From a bacterium (GTDB taxonomy: Bacteria; Electryoneota; Electryoneia; Electryoneales; Electryoneaceae), in assembly GCA_043801585.1 (NCBI GenBank), contig JAZDLX010000116.1, positions 1-23,402 of the forward strand: a stretch of 23,402 nt of DNA, in the 5' to 3' direction. Shown here one piece after another: positions 18,864 through 23,402 of this stretch. Numbering within the stretch: position 1 is the stretch's first letter; the number at the start of each line of letters is the position of its first letter. The position numbers and the translations under genes are program-made. The notes beneath the pieces were generated by a model, which saw only the letters and a program-made list of their open reading frames with translations, did no database searches and was not told the DNA's origin.

Positions 18864-18894
18864 AAGCCTCGCCCAGGCCGGGCGAGGCTTTTTT
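18864..18894 (+). terminator. Rho-independent terminator after the permease
   Basis: AAGCCTCGCCC-AGGCC-GGGCGAGGCTT followed by TTTT (six T in total). Confidence 0.9.
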
Positions 18895-19229
18895 GCCACC
18901 TGCCTGAGTCATAGGGTTCTATTGATAGAGTGCCGCCGCTGTGTATTTTGGAGGCTTCATGAATGGCCGAAATTCACCTCCGGACAGTCTTCCGGTTTAC
19001 TGGTGTCCGCAGGCGTACATTGATGAATCCGTTGCGGCAGCACGGGAGACAGCTCCCGGTCGGAACTTTCCAACCGTTTGGGAGTTTTAACGAACGGATT
19101 TCTACTGTTATTCTACGGAATCGACGAATCCGATCTTTCGATGATTCAGCTTTGAGAGGATGGTCCGGGGCTCGAAAAACCTGACAGGGGCACCCGGCAG
19201 CTTGTGCACAGGAGAGGAGGCTGCAACAC

Positions 19230-20219
19230 ATGAACCAGGACATTCAGGCAGTTGCCGATAAAGTACAGGCCGCGAGTGCTCCGATTCGCCGGCTGACGGA
19301 AGAGATCGGGAAGGTCCTGGTCGGCCAGAGTTACATGGTCGAACGATTGCTTGTTGGGTTGCTCGCCGACGGCCACGTTCTCCTCGAGGGCGTTCCCGGG
19401 CTGGCCAAAACTCTTGCCGTCACAAGCCTTTCCCAGGCGATCAGGGCCAGCTTCCATCGCATCCAGTTCACCCCGGACCTGCTTCCCGCCGATCTGGTTG
19501 GCACCCTGATCTACAATCCCCGCGAAGGCACTTTCGAGACCAAGAGGGGTCCGGTGTTCGCAAACATCATCCTCGCCGACGAAATCAACCGCGCTCCCGC
19601 AAAAGTGCAGAGCGCCCTGCTCGAGGCGATGCAGGAGCGGCAGGTGACCCTCGGCGAAGAGACCCATCCCCTGCCCGTGCCCTTCCTGGTGTTGGCGACG
19701 CAAAACCCCATCGAGCAGCAGGGAACCTATCCGCTCCCCGAAGCGCAAGTGGATCGCTTCATGTTGAAGCTCCGCGTCGGTTACCCAAACCGCGAGGAAG
19801 AGCGGAAGATCATCCGTCTCCACAGCACCAGCCATGTTCCGCAGATCAAACCTTTGTTGAGTCCGGGCGACGTGATCAAAGCGAGGCAGATCGTTGAGCA
19901 AGTGTATGTGGACGAAAAGATCGAGAACTATATCCTCGACATCGTCTTCGCGACACGAGACCCGGAGGCGGCGGGCCTGAAAGGAATGAAACCGCTGATC
20001 GCCTACGGCGGCAGTCCGCGTGCTTCGCTCTCCCTGATACGTGCGGCGCGTGCATGGGCATTCCTCCAGGGCAGGGCATTCGTTATCCCTGAAGACATTC
20101 GCGCGATTGGACAAGATGTTCTCCGCCACAGGATCATTCCGAGCTTCGAGGCGGAAGCTGAAGAACGGACGAGCGACGACCTTGTGCACGCCATCCTGAT
20201 GGGCATTGAAGTACCGTGA
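19230..20219 (+). CDS. moxR: MoxR-family AAA+ ATPase
   Basis: Walker A GVPGLAKT, RIQFTPDLLPAD, Walker B ILADEINRAPAKVQSALLEAMQE, ATQNPIEQQGTYPLPEAQVDRF, GSPRA and VLRHR. SD GGAGG. Confidence 0.95.
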   Translation: MNQDIQAVADKVQAASAPIRRLTEEIGKVLVGQSYMVERLLVGLLADGHVLLEGVPGLAKTLAVTSLSQAIRASFHRIQFTPDLLPADLVGTLIYNPREGTFETKRGPVFANIILADEINRAPAKVQSALLEAMQERQVTLGEETHPLPVPFLVLATQNPIEQQGTYPLPEAQVDRFMLKLRVGYPNREEERKIIRLHSTSHVPQIKPLLSPGDVIKARQIVEQVYVDEKIENYILDIVFATRDPEAAGLKGMKPLIAYGGSPRASLSLIRAARAWAFLQGRAFVIPEDIRAIGQDVLRHRIIPSFEAEAEERTSDDLVHAILMGIEVP

Positions 20220-20223
20220 CAGA

Positions 20224-20378
20224 TTTTTAACAGGATGTACAGAATGCACAGGAAAACAGGATGACCAACGTGAAGAGGGTGAAAAACGGATAAAACCTTG
20301 ATATCTGTTTTCGGTTTTACTCCGTCTGAGATTATTCATCTCTCCCATCCTGAAAATCCTGTCCATCCTGTTCAAAAA
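20224..20378. repeat. Imperfect long inverted repeat built from ACAGGAT-like units (MITE/REP-like insert)
   Basis: The left arm TTTTTAACAGGATGTACAGAATGCACAGGA matches the reverse complement of the right arm, TTTTTGAACAGGATGGACAGGATTTTCAGGA. There is an inner inverted pair ACGGATAAAACC (20286-20297) / GGTTTTACTCCGT (20313-20325). Confidence 0.75.
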
Positions 20379-20395
20379 GGGTTTTCTAAAAGACC

Positions 20396-21286
20396 ATGAC
20401 GACGCGAGAGCTGGTCAGGAAAGTCCGCAACATCGAAATCCGCACCCGCGGAGCGGTCAACGAACTCTTCAGCGGTGAGTACCACTCCGCGTTCAAGGGG
20501 CGTGGCATTGAATTTTCCGAGGTCCGCGAATATGTCCCGGGGGATGACGTCCGCGCCATCGACTGGAATGTGACCGCACGCGAAGGCCGTCCGTTCATCA
20601 AACTGTTCGAGGAGGAGCGTGAGCTGAATGTGATGCTCCTCGTCGATGTTTCCGCTTCGGGAAATTTCGGCTCCGTAGCTGCCCTGAAACGGGAGATGGC
20701 CGCCGAAATCGCTGCAGTGCTGGCGTTCTCAGCCCTCCGGTCGGGCGACAAGGTGGGCATGGCACTTTTCTCTGACAAGCTCGAACAGTGGGTGCCGCCG
20801 AAAAAGGGCACCAGTCATGCCCTGCGCCTCGTCCGCGATCTGCTCGCCTACCAGCCGCAGGGACGCGGAACCAACCTCGCCAGCGGGATCGAAATCCTCC
20901 TGCGAGCGTTGCGAAAACGGTCAATTGTTTTCTTCATCAGTGACTTTCAGGACGAAAACGGCACGTGGCGTGAAGCGGCGAAAATAGCTGCGGCAAAGCA
21001 TGACCTGATCGCCCTGCACATCATCGATCCCCGCGAACGTGACCTGCCTCCGGTCGGCTGGATCGCCGCGGAAGATCCCGAGACCGGGGATGTCACCTGG
21101 CTCGACAGCTCCGACCGCCGTGTCCGGGCGGATCTGCGACGGCGCCAATGGATGGCAATCCAGGACGTCAAGAATTTCTGCACGCGCAGCGGCATCGACA
21201 GGATCGAAATCGATCTCACCGAACCGGAGCAACCCTACCTCCGGCCACTCGTCCTGTTCTTCAAAGAGAGGGAACGGAGACGATGA
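20396..21286 (+). CDS. DUF58 domain protein (MoxR-associated, VWA-like)
   Basis: GEYHSAFKGRGIEFSEVREYVPGDDVRAIDWNVTAR, FEEERE, VDVSASG, ISDF and HDLIA...DPRE. Confidence 0.93.
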   Translation: MTTRELVRKVRNIEIRTRGAVNELFSGEYHSAFKGRGIEFSEVREYVPGDDVRAIDWNVTAREGRPFIKLFEEERELNVMLLVDVSASGNFGSVAALKREMAAEIAAVLAFSALRSGDKVGMALFSDKLEQWVPPKKGTSHALRLVRDLLAYQPQGRGTNLASGIEILLRALRKRSIVFFISDFQDENGTWREAAKIAAAKHDLIALHIIDPRERDLPPVGWIAAEDPETGDVTWLDSSDRRVRADLRRRQWMAIQDVKNFCTRSGIDRIEIDLTEPEQPYLRPLVLFFKERERRR

Positions 21287-22500
21287 CTTTGGGGATCGGG
21301 AACCGCATGACCGGTCACGGGGTGAACCTTACGTGGATGCACCTCTCCAGCGCCTCGAGGGCGTCGTTGAGGCGGCGGCGAAGTCGCCCGGTCATGAACG
21401 TGTGGGTCGTTCTCCTGGTTCTGGGTCTCGTCGCCGCACCGATAGTGGCCCTCGGGGCGCCCTCCCTTTCCGTCACCCCGAAGGTTGCACGCGTCGGTGA
21501 TCCGATCACGATCGTCATCACCGTACCGGGCGCCCGTCCCGAAGAAATCGTGTGGCCGACTCTGGAAGACGGGAACATCGGCCAGTTGACCCTGTTGCAC
21601 GCAGATACGGTGATCCGTGGCAGGAAGCTGAGCCGTCTCGGCGGGCCTTCGTTGATCCTCACGGGTGCCGCTTATGACACAGGCTTCTTCTCCTCGGGCG
21701 ACTTCACGATGTCCGTGGGGAGCCTCCCGATTACCCTGCCGGCGCAGATCGTTACCATCGCCAGCGTGCTCGACGATTCCACCGGTCTCCAGCTCCGCCC
21801 TCTGAAAGCACAGGAAGACCTCCCGGTCACGTTCAACGATCTCGTGCGTTGGTTCGGACCGTGGATTGCGCTGGCGGGCATCCTGCTGATCGTTTGGGAA
21901 CTTGTGAGAAAGTGGCTTCGCAGAAGCCAGCGTAAGGCTTTTGAGGCGGAACAGGGCATTCCCCTGCTCTCGCCCTATGACGAGGCGATGCAGGCCCTCG
22001 CTGAACTGGAAAAGAGCAATCCCCTGGCGAAAGGCGACCAGAAGGGCTACGTCACCGCGCTCAGCCAGATCACCAAACGTCTTCTCCAGCGCACCCATCG
22101 CGCACCGGTAGTGGAGATGACGACCTACGAGGTGCGGCGTTGGTTGACCGATAGTGCGACTCTCTGTGAACCCGCCGACCTGCTGAAAATTCTCGAGGCG
22201 GGAGATCATGTGAAGTTTGCCAAGGGCTCGCTGACTGCCGATGACGCGAAACAGCTGCTCGACGCCGCCAGACGGATCGTTGCCTCTTACGAACCTCGTG
22301 AACTCCCTGAACCAGATTCCAACGGCTCCGGCGACGGTTCCGCCGATGCTGTCGGGAAGGGAGGCTCGAAACAACCCGGTAACCGTGATCCGAACGTGAG
22401 CGACCCAACGGAAGGCGCTTTGGCGGACGACCCGCAACCCATTGAGTGGCGGATGCACGCCGCGAGGACAGGCGCAAACCGGGGGAGGAAACCGCGATGA
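21283..22500 (+). CDS. Bat-operon membrane protein (signal/TM, BatD-like Ig region, TM, helical domain)
   Basis: The ATG overlaps the DUF58 stop (ATGA). Features: ARVGDPITIVI, LRPLKA before the TM, SPYDEA.QAL, EMTTYE and DHVKFAK, typical of the gene between DUF58 and batA. An alternative start is at 21394. Confidence 0.78.
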   Translation: MTLGIGNRMTGHGVNLTWMHLSSASRASLRRRRSRPVMNVWVVLLVLGLVAAPIVALGAPSLSVTPKVARVGDPITIVITVPGARPEEIVWPTLEDGNIGQLTLLHADTVIRGRKLSRLGGPSLILTGAAYDTGFFSSGDFTMSVGSLPITLPAQIVTIASVLDDSTGLQLRPLKAQEDLPVTFNDLVRWFGPWIALAGILLIVWELVRKWLRRSQRKAFEAEQGIPLLSPYDEAMQALAELEKSNPLAKGDQKGYVTALSQITKRLLQRTHRAPVVEMTTYEVRRWLTDSATLCEPADLLKILEAGDHVKFAKGSLTADDAKQLLDAARRIVASYEPRELPEPDSNGSGDGSADAVGKGGSKQPGNRDPNVSDPTEGALADDPQPIEWRMHAARTGANRGRKPR

Positions 22501-23402
22501 GTTTCGGGAATCCTCTCTATCTGCTCGGTCTGCTGCTGGTGCCGATCCTCCTGCTGCTTTACTTCTGGCGGCAACTCCGCCCGCAGCCGACGGTCACCTT
22601 TCCCTCGGTGTCCGGCCTGCGGACGTTGATGTCCCCCCTGCATCGGGCAGCGCGGCATGTCCCGATGATTCTGCGCCTGCTCGCGGTGGCGCTGCTCGTC
22701 GTCGCCGCCGCCCGGCCGCGCCAGCAGCTCGACGAGGCGAAAGTAAATTCCGAGGGTATCGACATTGTCATTACCCTCGACATCTCCACCTCGATGCTCG
22801 CTGAAGACTTGCAACCTAACCGGCTTGAGGCGGCGAAACGGGTAGCCCGGGATTTCATCGAGGGGAGGACCAGCGACCGGATCGGGCTGGTGATGTTCGC
22901 CGGAGAAGCCTACACATGGTGCCCGTTGACCCTGGACTATAACGTCCTCTCGGATCTGATGGGCGAGGTACAGGCGGGCACGGTGGCCGATGGCACCGCG
23001 ATCGGCAAGGCCATCGCCACGGGAACGAACCGTCTCCGCAGCGGAACCGGCAAGAGCAAGGTGCTGATCCTGATTACCGACGGCGTCAACAACGTGGACC
23101 AGCCAGACCCGTTGACGGCGGCCGGTGCGGCGGCGGGACTCGGCGTCAAGGTCTACACCATCGGCGTCGGCACCCAGGGCACGGCCCGCGCTCCGGTGCA
23201 GACCCCGCGCGGTATCCGTTACCAGATGGTGCAGGTGGAGATCGACGAAGAACTGTTGACGAAAATCGCCACATTGACCGGAGGCGCCTATTTTCGGGCA
23301 ACCACCGCCGAGGGTCTGCGTGAGATTTATAGCAGGATTGACGAACTGGAAAAAACGAAGGTTCAGGTGGAACACGTGCGCCACTGGCGCGAACGTTTCT
23401 AC
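22497..23402 (+). CDS. batA: BatA-like VWA domain protein, 3'-truncated by the window edge
   Basis: Manually translated: MSFGNPLYLLGLLLVP...ARP...EGIDIVITLDISTSMLAEDLQPNRLEAAK (MIDAS DxSxS), DRIGLVMF, CPLTLD, GTAIG, ILITDG, VYTIGVG and IATLTGGAYFRA. The ATG overlaps the previous stop. Confidence 0.9.
   Translation, partial: MSFGNPLYLLGLLLVPILLLLYFWRQLRPQPTVTFPSVSGLRTLMSPLHRAARHVPMILRLLAVALLVVAAARPRQQLDEAKVNSEGIDIVITLDISTSMLAEDLQPNRLEAAKRVARDFIEGRTSDRIGLVMFAGEAYTWCPLTLDYNVLSDLMGEVQAGTVADGTAIGKAIATGTNRLRSGTGKSKVLILITDGVNNVDQPDPLTAAGAAAGLGVKVYTIGVGTQGTARAPVQTPRGIRYQMVQVEIDEELLTKIATLTGGAYFRATTAEGLREIYSRIDELEKTKVQVEHVRHWRERFY

Noticed and set aside
16237..20378. CRISPR array or autonomous IS explanation for the repeats
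   Set aside because: The repeats are inverted pairs rather than direct repeat-spacer arrays, and no cas or transposase gene is in the window.
13143..23384. Long opposite-strand ORFs (13143-14219, 16233-17306, 19146-20375, 21235-22458, 22287-23384; likewise 5563-6522 and 10647-11606)
   Set aside because: They are antisense shadows of well-supported genes, common in GC-rich DNA, and have no family motifs.

Overview
GC-rich bacterial chromosomal window with housekeeping and signalling genes. It has no integrase, transposase, CRISPR array, rRNA or tRNA. The gene mix (lamin-tail secreted protein, MacB-type permease, bat/MoxR operon, YfiR-family protein) suggests an FCB-group-like bacterium (inference). 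Left to right: (i) a minus-strand run yitJ - SDR - soluble HAD/P-type ATPase - multi-TM HAMP/SpoIIE phosphatase - ddl - secreted lamin-tail-domain protein (partial; missing from the ORF track); (ii) divergent TetR and a CPBP intramembrane protease; (iii) a YfiR/DUF4154-like periplasmic protein followed by a chemoreceptor; (iv) a radical SAM/Twitch enzyme divergent from a secreted hypothetical; (v) a ~600-bp structured, GGA-rich intergenic region, a GNAT, a 22-bp REP-like inverted repeat and an orphan MacB-like permease; (vi) a moxR - DUF58 - membrane protein - batA operon with a ~155-bp palindromic ACAGGAT-repeat insert. The best novelty candidate is the YfiR-like gene paired with an MCP that has a YfiN/CHASE8-like sensor domain and, by manual count, a ~50-heptad signalling hairpin. 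All family calls come from motif recognition by eye; no database search was run.
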